NCBI GenBank assembly: GCA_026936335.1
Contig: JAPMXV010000039.1
Span: 168,530-232,529, forward strand
Direction: 5' to 3'
Source: Mantamonas sphyraenae STR306
Lineage: Eukaryota; Protista; CRuMs
DNA: 64,000 nucleotides
Part shown: one piece after another, positions 14,952-25,414 of the stretch
How positions within the stretch are numbered: the first letter of the stretch is position 1
Layout: every line of letters starts with the position of its first letter
The notes under the pieces: generated by a model
Told to the model about the DNA's origin: nothing
The model's input: only the letters and a program-made list of their open reading frames with translations
Database searches by the model: none
Translations under genes and position numbers: made by a program

Positions 14952-15776
14952 ATGTCTGAGGAGGAAAGCAGCATCTTTGGGTCGACGGGTCGATTCCAGA
15001 GGGCAATGGCGCTGATCAATGGGATTGAAAGCAAGTTTGCACTGTTCTTGGGCAAGGTGTTGGAGGGGCTGCACAAGCCGAAGGAGCGGACGTTTTCAGA
15101 CGAGGAGGAGGAGCAGCTTGTGGGATTGCTGGGTCTGGACACGATTGGAGACCTGGACACGGTGGTGGACGCATGCAGTTTCATCTTTCAGCAGTCTGCG
15201 TTTCTGGGTCTGAAGCCGGCGAAGCTGGAGGCACACCTGAAGCTGACGGAGCTGGCAGGAGACAAGGTGGGTTCGGAAGGGTGATGTGAGACAAGCGGTG
15301 GAGGCGAAGTGTGCATTTGGACAGGGAGGGAGGGTGAGGAAGAGGCAAAAGTGGGCCAAAGATGCGGTTTGGGCGGGCGGGAGGGGGGAGGGAAATTGTG
15401 GAGAGGCGCTGACGCGGGGTTTTCACGGGTGCGCGGGCGTGTGGACGACGGGATGATGGTGTGGACACAGGTGGATGTGTTTGTACAGTTGTGGGCAGAG
15501 GAAGGGCCAGAGTATGTGAACAAACTGCGGGACAAGAGCCTGGGCGGGCTGCCGACGCTGGAGAGCGTGGATTGGCAGCTGAAGCTGGAAATGAGCCAGG
15601 ACACGCTGACGCGGATCAACGAGCCGAACGCGGTGTTCCAGTTTGGGACATCGCAGGAGACGGCCAACGGCGAGGTAGTGAAGGATAGTTTTGTGGTGGA
15701 GATGGACCACAAGGCGCTGAGCAAGCTGTTTGGGGATCTGGAACGCCTGCAGGACCAGCTGGATGCCATGGGATGA
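14952..15776 (+). CDS. COMMD10: COMM domain-containing protein 10; intron 15267-15470
   Basis: ALINGIESKF..KLH..TFSDEEEEQL N-terminus and COMM domain LESVDWQLKLEM...LERLQDQLD; GT..CAG intron joins the two ORFs in frame. Confidence 0.9.
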
Positions 15777-15836
15777 GGAGAGAGCCGGGATTGGCGTGTA
15801 ACAGGGAAAGGGACAATGGAATGGGGATCGAATGGT

Positions 15837-17858
15837 TCACTTGAGTTCGTCCATGTCTTCGTCGGCGAGCGAGGCATCGTCGGAATCGGTTTCAGCGTCC
15901 GAATCGGTCTCGGCATCGGCATCGGAGTCGGTTTCGGCGTCCGAGTCTGTTTCTGCGTCGGAATCGGTTTCTGCGTCGTCGTCGTCATCATCCGAGTCGG
16001 AGGCTGGGGTGGGTGCAGAAGGGGCCGGGGCAGGGGCAGGTGCAGGTGCGGTGGATGCACGTGAGGCCGAGGCAGCTGCAGCCGCTGCTTCACGTGCTTC
16101 CTCCTCGGCAATGGCCCGTTCGAGGTCTTCGAGATCGTCGACGTCGTCACGGTCGAGTTCGAGACGGGAGCCCGTGGTGGCAATGTCGTCGAGCTGGGAG
16201 GACATCTGATCGACAAACATCTGGCCCACGCGAGCTTCGCGGTCACCCTCAGCCCCCTGCGCTGCGCTGCGCATGCTAATTTCGGCAATGCGTTTGCCAC
16301 GCTGCTCCATTTCCGCACGTGCGTCGTCCACCTCGGCCTCCCAGCCACCCAGCATGTCGTTGTCCGAGGCGTCCTCCGACAGGGTGTGCTCAGGCCTGGT
16401 GTTGCCTGGTCCTGCCTTGGTGCTCTTCTTCTTCTTTCCACTGCGCTTCTTCTTGCCTTTACCGGCGTCCTTGGTATCCTTGGGTGCCTTTGTGGGCTCG
16501 TCCCACGCCTGCTTGCGTGCTGGTGCTTCGTCAAGCTGGACGACGGGTTGGATGCCCAGATCGTCGCCCTTTTCGGCAATCATCTCCTTGACGAGTTCGT
16601 CATACCTGTTCTGGCGATCGCGCATGGCCTTGTGGGCCGCCTTTTCACGTGCCAACCGTGTGCGTCGCTCCTCCTCCTCGCGTTCCACCTTGAGTGAGTT
16701 TGCCGTCTGGTAGGCGGCCGCTTGTTGTTGCCACGCCTGTTCGTGCTCCTTCATCTCGCGCATGCGTTGCTGTCGCTCCTCCCTGCGACGCTCCTCGTTC
16801 TCTTTGATCCGTTTCATGTGCTCCTGGTCGCTGAAATCCACCCGGTCTCGGTACAGCTTGCCTCGCTTGGCAAGTTTCTCTTCACGCGCTCGCTCCTCCG
16901 CCGCCTGCTGCTGTTTGTACTGCTCCTGCATCTTTAGGTACAGCGGCTTTTCGTTGCGCTGCCCTCGTTTCTTGCCCCCGCTGCCTACGCCGGCCTGCGC
17001 CTGCTTCCGCTGCTTGCTTTCAGCATCTTTGCGTCGTTCCTCCTCTCGCTTTCGCAACCATCGTCGTCGCTCCTCTTCGTGCTTCTTCTGCGAGCTCTTG
17101 CGTTGCTGCTCGAATCGATCCAGTTCAATCTTCATGGCATCCCACTTTTTCTTGCGTTCGTGCTGTGGGGAAGGAGCGGAGGCGGAACGGGGGGGGGGGA
17201 AAGGGGCGTGTCAGGAACCGTTACTTTCGCTCGAAATCGTCCTTTTCGCTTCACTCACCTCCAATCGCTGTTTGCGCTTGGCCTCGCGCGCCTTGATGGC
17301 TTTGAAGCGGTCGTTGTTCTCAATGGCACTCTGCAATTCGCTCTCGTCGCGAGTCATGCGTAGGAGCAGATCCATCTTGGAGAACGGGGAGCTGGGTTGT
17401 CCGCCTGCGGATTTGCCTTTGCGCTCGTCCCCGGCAGAGGAAGCAGCGGCGGCAGCGGCGGCGGCAGCAGCAGCGGCCTTTTTCTCACGCTTTGCTTTGC
17501 GCTTTTTGGCCTTGGCGAGGAGTGCAGCGTTGATTTGCTCGAGGGTGGAGTCAAACACGTCGCCGACGAGGAGGACGAGGAGATCGCGGGTCATTTTGTC
17601 CTTGTTGGCCTGGATAAAGGCAGCCTCGTCGGCGGCGTACTTTGCACGACGCTGCTCGGCCTGTTGCTGTGCAAGGGCCTCTTGTTGGGCGCGCAAGACC
17701 TCTGGGTCGACCTCGGGCTCGGGTTCCGGGGAAGGCGCAGGTTGCGGAAGCTCAGGTTGCGGCTCAGGCTGTGGTTTGCGAGCTGCTGCCCCACGGGACT
17801 TGACCCCCGGTGCCCGACGTGTGGCTGTACGTTTGCCAGCGGTGGAGGAGGATTTCAT
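15837..17858 (-). CDS. Uncharacterised charged coiled-coil protein with acidic DAETDS-repeat tail; intron 17163-17258
   Basis: GTGAGT..CACAG splice joins ...KQRLE to HERKKKWDAMKIE in frame; E/K/R-rich helical sequence; tail repeat varies at synonymous positions of this frame. Confidence 0.8.
15879..15978 (-). repeat. ~5 copies of an 18-nt coding tandem repeat (DAETDS)
   Basis: Units such as tcggaatcggtttcagcg / tccgaatcggtctcggca / tccgagtctgtttctgcg on the + strand. Confidence 0.85.
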
Positions 17859-17913
17859 TGGTGCCGGTGGCGGAGGCAAGGGAAGTGGGAGTGTGGTTTT
17901 GGGATTGCAAGAG

Positions 17914-18453
17914 ATGCAAGTGTTTCTCAAGGGTCTGGTGGGAAGGGGCATGACGGTGGACGTCAACGCAAACGACAACGTGGGGCAGTTGAAGAGGGAG
18001 ATCCAACGGGTGGAGGGCTTTCCTGCGTCGCGGCTGCGATTGATCTTTGCCGGGCAGGAATTGGCGGACGACGACGCGGTGTTGAGTGCGTTGGGGATTG
18101 TCAATGAGAGCACAGTGCATCTGGTTGTGCGAGGTGGGAAAGGGGACGAGCCGGCGGTGGTGTTTGAGCTTCCAGACGGAACGGAAGTGTGGCAACCCGG
18201 GGTGCAGACGATGAGTGCAGACGAGGTGCGTGCATGCGTGTTGCAACAGCACGGGTGGAAGGTGACGTCGTTTTCCAGTCGGGGCAACGAGTTGGATGAC
18301 GAGGCGTTGGAGAGGGCGCTGCAATGGTTCTCGTGGTCGGGAGGCAACGTGGGGGTCATTGTGTGCCAAGGGGAGGCTGTGGAGGGAAGGGGGGAAGGAG
18401 GAGAGGAGGAAGGGGACGGGGACGGGGATGGGGATGTGCAAGTGGAAGCATGA
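17914..18453 (+). CDS. Ubiquitin-like domain fusion protein 1 (Ubl + LPDG domain + acidic tail)
   Basis: MQVFLKGLVGRGMTVDV...GFPASRLRLIFAGQEL...ESTVHLVVRGG. Confidence 0.88.
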   Translation: MQVFLKGLVGRGMTVDVNANDNVGQLKREIQRVEGFPASRLRLIFAGQELADDDAVLSALGIVNESTVHLVVRGGKGDEPAVVFELPDGTEVWQPGVQTMSADEVRACVLQQHGWKVTSFSSRGNELDDEALERALQWFSWSGGNVGVIVCQGEAVEGRGEGGEEEGDGDGDGDVQVEA

Positions 18454-18513
18454 ATGTGAGTGTGTGTGTGCGCCGGGGGAAACAAACACAAACACGACAC
18501 ACAAACACAAACA

Positions 18514-19062
18514 ATGATCATCTACGTCAAAACACTTGGAGGCAAAACCATCACTCTCGATGTGGAACAGACCAACACAGTTTTGGATCTCAAGAGGATG
18601 GTGCTGGACAAGGAGGGCATCCCGTTGCAACACCAAGGTTTCGTCTTTCAAGGCAAGCTCATGGAAAATTCATCGCAGTTGTCCGAGTACAGCGGCTTGA
18701 CCAACCAGACGAGCCTCCATCTCATGTTGAGCATGGGCCACAACTTCCGTTGCCAGCTCCCCGACGGGAGCGTCGTGAAAGCTGGGGGATATGACATGGA
18801 TATCCTCAAGGATGCCCTGCGCAGACACGGCTGGGTTGTGACCAGCTTCGCCTACGAAGGGAACGTGCTGGAAGGCACCGATGAGGAGGTGATGACGCAG
18901 CTGATCGACATTCCGTTTCCAGACGACGGCGAGTGGCCGTTTGTCGTTGTGGACGGCGAACCCGCACCCAGCGAGGAGGTGAAGGAAACACCGGGCAATG
19001 GGGAGGCAGGAGAAGGGGGGAATGACGAGGAAGTGCATTCAGAGGTGACCGTGGAACAGTGA
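18514..19062 (+). CDS. Ubiquitin-like domain fusion protein 2
   Basis: MIIYVKTLGGKTITLDV...KEGIPLQHQGFVFQGKLME...SLHLML. Confidence 0.9.
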   Translation: MIIYVKTLGGKTITLDVEQTNTVLDLKRMVLDKEGIPLQHQGFVFQGKLMENSSQLSEYSGLTNQTSLHLMLSMGHNFRCQLPDGSVVKAGGYDMDILKDALRRHGWVVTSFAYEGNVLEGTDEEVMTQLIDIPFPDDGEWPFVVVDGEPAPSEEVKETPGNGEAGEGGNDEEVHSEVTVEQ

Positions 19063-19259
19063 GTCGGCGGGAGGGGGAGGGAAGAGGAAGTGGGAGTTGA
19101 AATGAAATGGAAACAACCAATCCACCGCAAACGCGTCCATGGGGACTCGTGGAAGATTCGAACATGGTCATGGAGAGATGGAAACGGGTTGTTGTGAATG
19201 AATCCACTGAGAGTGTGATTACAGTATGTGTTGCGAGATTGCGCAAACAGACGCAAATC

Positions 19260-19826
19260 ATGCAGGTGTTCATCCACAGCTACCTGGGGCACACAATCAC
19301 GTTGGAAGTGGACCATAATGACACCATCCTTGAGCTGAAGCGCATGGTGCAGGAGAAAGAGGGCATTCCACCTCAGTTCCAAGATTTCAAGTTCGGCGGA
19401 AGACCCATGGACAACAAGCGCACGGTGGCGGACTACGACTTGCACAACAACCCGAAGGAAATGTCGATTTTCCAGATTCTGCAGGTTGGGTCCAGGCTTG
19501 ACTTTCAGATGCCCGACGGGCAGGTGGTGACGGCAGGGGCAGCTTCGATGGAGTTGTTGCGGGAAAAGCTCGCTGAAGCAGGGTGGAAAGTGAACAGCTT
19601 CATGCACGAGGGACAGGTGCTGGAAGGGGATGATGAAGAGGTGATGGAGCAGCTGCGTGACATTCCTCTGCGTGAGGACGGCGAGTTTGTGTCGATTGTC
19701 TGCACAGGGGAGCCCGTGGAGATCGTGGATGGCAGTGTTCAGCACACAGACAAGCAGAGGAGAGGAGAGCAACAACAGAACATGGGTGAGGGGGGTGACG
19801 ATGCAGAGGTCACTGTGGAGGAGTGA
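19260..19826 (+). CDS. Ubiquitin-like domain fusion protein 3
   Basis: MQVFIHSYLGHTITLEV...KEGIPPQFQDFKFGGRPMDNKRTVADYDL. Confidence 0.9.
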   Translation: MQVFIHSYLGHTITLEVDHNDTILELKRMVQEKEGIPPQFQDFKFGGRPMDNKRTVADYDLHNNPKEMSIFQILQVGSRLDFQMPDGQVVTAGAASMELLREKLAEAGWKVNSFMHEGQVLEGDDEEVMEQLRDIPLREDGEFVSIVCTGEPVEIVDGSVQHTDKQRRGEQQQNMGEGGDDAEVTVEE

Positions 19827-19999
19827 CACCAAGCGGGGAAACACGTGCTGCCGGCACAGGCAAACGCTCATGCTTGCACACGCAAACAACCGATCCATGA
19901 TCTTGGAACCCGGGATGGGAACGAGTGAAAATGCTCTTTGTTGGCGTTTGGTGGTTGACGAAAGCAGATGTGTGCGACTGCGACTCGCAAGGCAGCACA

Positions 20000-20803
20000 A
20001 TGTACATTTTCGTCCGGGCAATCACTGGCAAAACAATTGAACTGGAAGTGGAGCCCGACACGGACATCCGCCGAGTGAAAGCGCACATTGAAGAGAAGGA
20101 GGGAATTCCAGCTGCCGAGCAGCGACTTGTGTTTGCTGGGAAGCAGCTGGAGAACTTTTACACGCTCGATTTTTACAACATCGGCAAGGAGGCCACGCTG
20201 AATTTGGTCCTGCGTCTGCGCAGTGGACCTCCGTTCCACTTCGTCCTCCCTAATGGCAACACCGGGTCGTTTCACCAATCTCCAAACTCTGCAGAGGAGG
20301 TTGTCGACCACCTGACGTACGTGGACGGCATCACACCCAGTGGCTACACGGTCGACGACAAGTCCTACACCTTGGACGAGATTATGGAGTTGTTGCCCTC
20401 GTTTGACTACGGCAACGAAGGCGTTTTTCACGTGCAGGGGGAACCGAGGGTGCCTCTCAGTGACTTTGTTGAAAAGTGCACCCCAGAGATGAATTGCCGG
20501 TGTGAATCAGACGCACCTGTGCAAATCTGGTTTCACAGTTCAGAGCAGGGCGAATTGGATGTCGATGCGTTGGCCAACGCCGGTGATGAACCCGTGCTGA
20601 CGGTGAGCGGTTGCAGCGGCACGGTCGTTGCCGGCGACGACTCCACACTGAGCTTTGTGCCAGACGAACCCATGGCACCCGGATGGCACATGGTCACTCT
20701 TCATTGCCGTCGTGTGGATGCTGTCACCTCCATCGACGTGTGCAAGGACTTGAAATGGGAGTTTCAAGTGAATCGGGAGGAATCCAGCAGCAACTCGTCG
20801 TAG
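20000..20803 (+). CDS. Ubiquitin/NEDD8-like fusion protein 4 with extra C-terminal Ig-like (Big_5-like) region
   Basis: [19 protein letters not shown]...[19 protein letters not shown]...[11 protein letters not shown]; C-terminal [19 protein letters not shown]...WEFQV. Confidence 0.88.
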   Translation: MYIFVRAITGKTIELEVEPDTDIRRVKAHIEEKEGIPAAEQRLVFAGKQLENFYTLDFYNIGKEATLNLVLRLRSGPPFHFVLPNGNTGSFHQSPNSAEEVVDHLTYVDGITPSGYTVDDKSYTLDEIMELLPSFDYGNEGVFHVQGEPRVPLSDFVEKCTPEMNCRCESDAPVQIWFHSSEQGELDVDALANAGDEPVLTVSGCSGTVVAGDDSTLSFVPDEPMAPGWHMVTLHCRRVDAVTSIDVCKDLKWEFQVNREESSSNSS

Positions 20804-21015
20804 GCATCCACACACGCAACGGAATGACAAAGATGGTGATCCAACACACCCAAGAGTGATGTGATGGTCGTCGTTGCGATGGTCAATCCAAAGGAAATCC
20901 CCCCCCCTCCCCTCTCCCCTCTCCCCCCTTCACTTCTCACCCACCACACGCTCCCTGCATGTTTCCGAGCCTCCAAGGATCCAGCCTACACACGGCTTCA
21001 CGTGGGTCCAAGGAG

Positions 21016-23749
21016 ATGGAACCCAGTGCGTCGGAGCTGCGCAAGCTCAACGCATCGGGGAGAGCACCGTCGCCAACCACCATCACCAACACCACCTCGT
21101 CTGCAGCCAAGCGACGCCGACGCCGCAAGCAGCAACAGCAACAGCAACAACAACAGAAGCAAAAGCAACAAACAGAGGACACAACAACGGCAAACACACG
21201 TGAGGAGAAGGAGGAGGAGGAGCAGACGACGACGACGACGACGACGACACCGGCTCGACGCGGACACAAGGAGCGCTTCACACACGTGCACACGTCTCGG
21301 GGAAGCAGCAACGCAACGGCCATCAGCAAGGAACACCTGCCACAAGCGAGTAGGACCAACACACACAAGCAGGGGACGCAGAGGCAACGTAGGGAACGGC
21401 ACGGATTCGAGGTGGCCAACAGTGTGTCTGTAAAACCACTGCGTGAGGCTGCAGACGTCAATGTCAGCGTGTGGCCTGCACGCACCTCACAGTACATGCA
21501 CAAACACAGTCCCAAGGACAGCCATTCGCCCGAGAAAGGCACAGGGGAATCCTCCACGGACGCCGGCGCCGGCACCGGCAGCACACCACGCATCACCGCA
21601 GACAAACAATACGCCGTCCCAGGCCTGCTCAACAAGTACGAACGCATGATTGCAGACGAGTTTGCTGCACAGGGACTCCATGCCGGCGATCCGCCCTCTG
21701 AGGAGCGCCTGCGTGTCTTTCAGAGTGTCTTTGGTACGTTTTTCGTCGTGCGTGTGTGCTGGGTGGCCGTTACACACAATCTCACACACCCCCCCTCCTT
21801 CCTCCTTCCCCCCCCACCCCCACAGAAACCTTTATCACCGACTTTATTACCTACCAACCGCTGCTGGCGGCCATCAAGACAGAGTACGAGCTGATGCTGG
21901 AGACGTTCCGGCGGCAAGCAGAGCTGCTGGAACCGCTGCAGCTGCGGCTGACGGCGCTGCAGCAGGAAACACAGCAAATGTTTGAATCCATGCAAAAGGA
22001 ACATTCGGACAAGGTGGCACCTGTGGTGCGGCAGCTGCAGGAGCTTCACATGGAAAACAATGCATTGAAGGAGCAAACGGGGGCCCTGGAAGCAGAAATC
22101 CTCGACCTCCGTTCGCAGCTGCAGTTGGCACAGAGCAACGAAGACGAACAGTTTGAGCTGCGCATGCAATTGCAAAACAAGTTGGATGCGGTGCGTGACT
22201 CGATGGGGGGGCATGAGAATGAGGTGATGCAACTGCGTTCGGAACGCAACCAGGCGGAGGAGGACCTCAAGTATGTGCAGAACGACCATGCAAAGGTGCT
22301 CATGCAAGTGTATGAACTGCAGCAGGCGGTCAAGGACATGGTACCCAAGCAGATGTACGAGGTGGCTGCGTTTGAGCTGAAACAGACGTCGAAACAGTTG
22401 AACGACCTCAAGCCCGAACACATGGCGCTGTTGGCGCAACACAACCAGCTCAAAACAGAGCATGAGATTATACAGAGCGAGTTGCACAAGTACAAGAGCG
22501 AGTGGGAGGTGCTGAAGCGCTCGGGTACGCCGCAACCAAAGTGGAGCGAAATCAATCAGGAACTGCCGCAACTCAAGCTGGACATCCACCACCGCACCTC
22601 CATCCAGCTGGCCAACGATCTGAAACTCAAGTATCAGGCGCTGCAGGATGAGCTGGAAGACTACAAGAGCAGCTGGGTGGACGAGCAGCGGGAACGTGCA
22701 GAGGCAGAGGCCAGGGAGGGCAATTCTCGCTTTTTTGACGGCCTCGGCACGGGCAACGACGTACCCCTGTTCCTCCGTGCCACAGGCAAGATTCGAAACA
22801 GGCACATGAAGAAGCACGAACTGGAGGCTCTGCTCAAGGAAATCTGGAAGGCCAAGGAGGCATCGGACGCCTCCCGCAGCTCGCGGCAAAAGATGAGCAA
22901 GTTCCTGTTTCAGTTCCTGAAAAAGAGACAGTCGTCCACGGAAGAGGCCACCGAGATGGCGTACAACATCATGGATGCGCTGGAGCGGTTCAAGTGGGAT
23001 GCGGACTGCGAGCTGTTCCTCAAGGTGCTGTCGGGTGACCTGCCGGAGATGATTTACTGGGAGCAAAGCACCATGCTGGACAACCTTAAAAAGGTGTTTG
23101 GCAAGTTGGACTTGCAGCAGAACAAAGGCAAGCAGACGGGCAAGGTGACCAAAAAGGCAGCCTTTGACGCCATCGAAGTGTACTTTGCTTCGAAAACCGA
23201 CGGCCGGATGCGGCAGTTGCGACAAGCGCTCAACTACGAGCAGCCGGGGACGGTTGTGCGGTACCGGGACCTGTTTGCGGAGACCAAAGAGGGCAACCAA
23301 GGCCCGTTTGTTGAAACCGTGCGCGACCACTACATCGAAGAGCGGGAGGAGCTGCAGAACGAACTCAAGGAAGCCATCGACAAGATCAAGGGCGATGTGA
23401 GTGTCAAGGACATGCGCAAGGTGTTTGCACATGTGGACAGATACAAACCCGACGACGAAGTGGACATGCTGCTCGCAGGCGCCTACGGTTGCACAGTCGA
23501 CGCCCTCGACGACGCGCAGGACTTGCCTGGCGACGAGTTGTTTGTGCGTCTCAAGGAGCAGCCTCTGGGACGCAGCAACAAGCCCGGGTCGAAGGACCCG
23601 CCCCCAGACGGAGCGGACGCTTCCAGGTGTGGAACGTCGCACGGGCTGCCGTCAGTCTCATGGCCTCGTCGCGGTCCAACAGCGTCAGCAGCAGCAGCAG
23701 CAGCAGCCGTGCAGCACGTGCGGGCCGAAGGCGCACCAGCCGAAGGTGA
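21016..23749 (+). CDS. TSNAXIP1: Translin-associated factor X-interacting protein 1; intron 21734-21825; probable homopolymer frameshift at ~23601 (uncorrected ORF ends 23900)
   Basis: RLRVFQSVF/ETFITDFITYQPLLAAIKTEYE, GTPQPKW, FFDGLGTGNDVPLFLRATGKIRNR, DADCELFLKVLSG motifs; start codon tentative. Confidence 0.85.
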
Positions 23750-23824
23750 GGCAATGAGGCATCATCGTGATCATGCGCTCGCACACAAAACACAAACACA
23801 CACACACACCACACACACACACAA

Positions 23825-25364
23825 ATGTACAGCCGTTGTGGATCACGCAAACGCACACATGGGCATGGGTTTGGAGTGTTGGTACCTCTGCTGCTTGTGA
23901 TGTGGTTGTCCGTGCGCAACTGCTCGGCCGCTGTCATTGACATCCGCTCCACAGGGGCAGTGGCTGGCGAAAACAGTGTGCAAGCGGCGCAACAGAATGC
24001 AAAAGCAATCTTGGCAGCGTTTGCCAGGGCGAACGCAGGTGACACTGTGCTCGTGCCCGCAGTAGGGGACAAAGACGTGGGCAACACCGCAAACTGGTTC
24101 TACGCGCAGGGAGGCATCTACGTGGACAACCTTGTCAATGTGACGTGTGAGTAGGGGGCAGAGGGAGGAATGGGGAACGGGTGTGGAGGAACCAGCAGCC
24201 AAAGGCACTGACACAGGATGTACCGGAAACTACTGATTACCCACGCGACGCGTAGTCGAACTTCAGGGCGTGTTGGCTATGGACGACCACTGGAAGGTGT
24301 GGCCTGTGCAGGAGAGTCTGAAACGGGTGTACAACTTTGTGCAGTTCAACAACTGCACGCAGCTGACGATCAATGGGGGTGGTGTGGTGCAGGGCCAGGG
24401 CAAGGTGTGGTGGGAGGAGGATATCCTCGGTCACCTGCCCTACAACAGGCCAAAGATGCTGTACGTGTTCCGAAGCACACACATTCAGATTCATGACCTG
24501 CTGCTCCACGATTCGCCGGCGTACCATGTGCGACTGGACGACGTGGACACCGCGGAGGTATGGAATGTGCACATCCGCGTGGACCGCAAGGCCAAGGAGT
24601 CTGCACGTGCGTTGCGCAAGGGGCGTGTGGGTGCCATCGAGTTGGAGGATTTGAACACGGACGGAATTGATCCCAGTGGGAAGAATGTGTATGTGCACGA
24701 CTGCACTATTGTGAACGACGACGACTCGATTGCAGTCAAGCCGTGCAGTGGCGATTGTGTCAACTCCAAGTGCAGTGAGAACATGGTGTTTGAACGTCTC
24801 ACCCTCCAGGGGGTGGGTGCATCCATTGGTTCGGTGCCTCCTGTGCCTGCAGTCAACTGCGTGCGCAACATCACCTTTCGGGACATCAACATGCCCAAGA
24901 CTGCAAAGGGCATCTACATCAAGAGCAACCCAACGTGTGACGGAAGCAACTCGGGCATCATCGAGAACATTGTGTACGAAAACGTGACGATTACGGAGCC
25001 ACGCTGGTGGGCCATCTGGATTGGGCCGCAGCAGCAGCATGAGCCGCACGAGGCATTGGGACGCAAGTGTGCCCTGGATTATCCCATTAGCAAGCATTGT
25101 CCCACGCAGGGCTGTGTGACGTTTGCCAACATTGTGCTCAAGGACGTGTTTGTGGACCGTCCGTGGCTGTCACCCGGTGTGATCAAGGGCAACTCCACAC
25201 ACCCGATGACCGGGGTGGTGTTTGACAACGTCGTGGTGCGTGAGGCTGGCGAGCTCCCCTTCCGTGGACAGTACGAGTGTGAGTATGCACAGTTGGAGGT
25301 GAAGGGTGAAACATACCCTGTGCCTCGTTGCAACAACGGCGGCAAGAACCGGATTGATTTCTGA
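23825..25364 (+). CDS. Secreted GH28 polygalacturonase-like glycosidase, copy 1; intron 24147-24255
   Basis: Hydrophobic signal peptide, NTDGID, DDSIAVK, ASIGS, IYIKS beta-helix motifs; spliced join NVT/FELQGVL. Confidence 0.9.
24642..25347 (+). repeat. Left arm of 706-bp inverted repeat (partner 33216-33921)
   Basis: Matches reverse complement of 33216-33921 with three substitutions counted by eye. Confidence 0.95.
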
Positions 25365-25414
25365 GGACCATCATCATCATTAAAGCTTCTCGGCAAGCTC
25401 TTTGAGTTCCCTGC

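Noticed and set aside
16762-17913. Long N-terminal extension of the first Ubl ORF (563 aa)
   Set aside because: Antisense to the coiled-coil gene; ubiquitin homology begins at ATG 17914
17914-20803. Polyubiquitin locus
   Set aside because: Four separate ORFs with stops, strong divergence and no LRLRGG junctions
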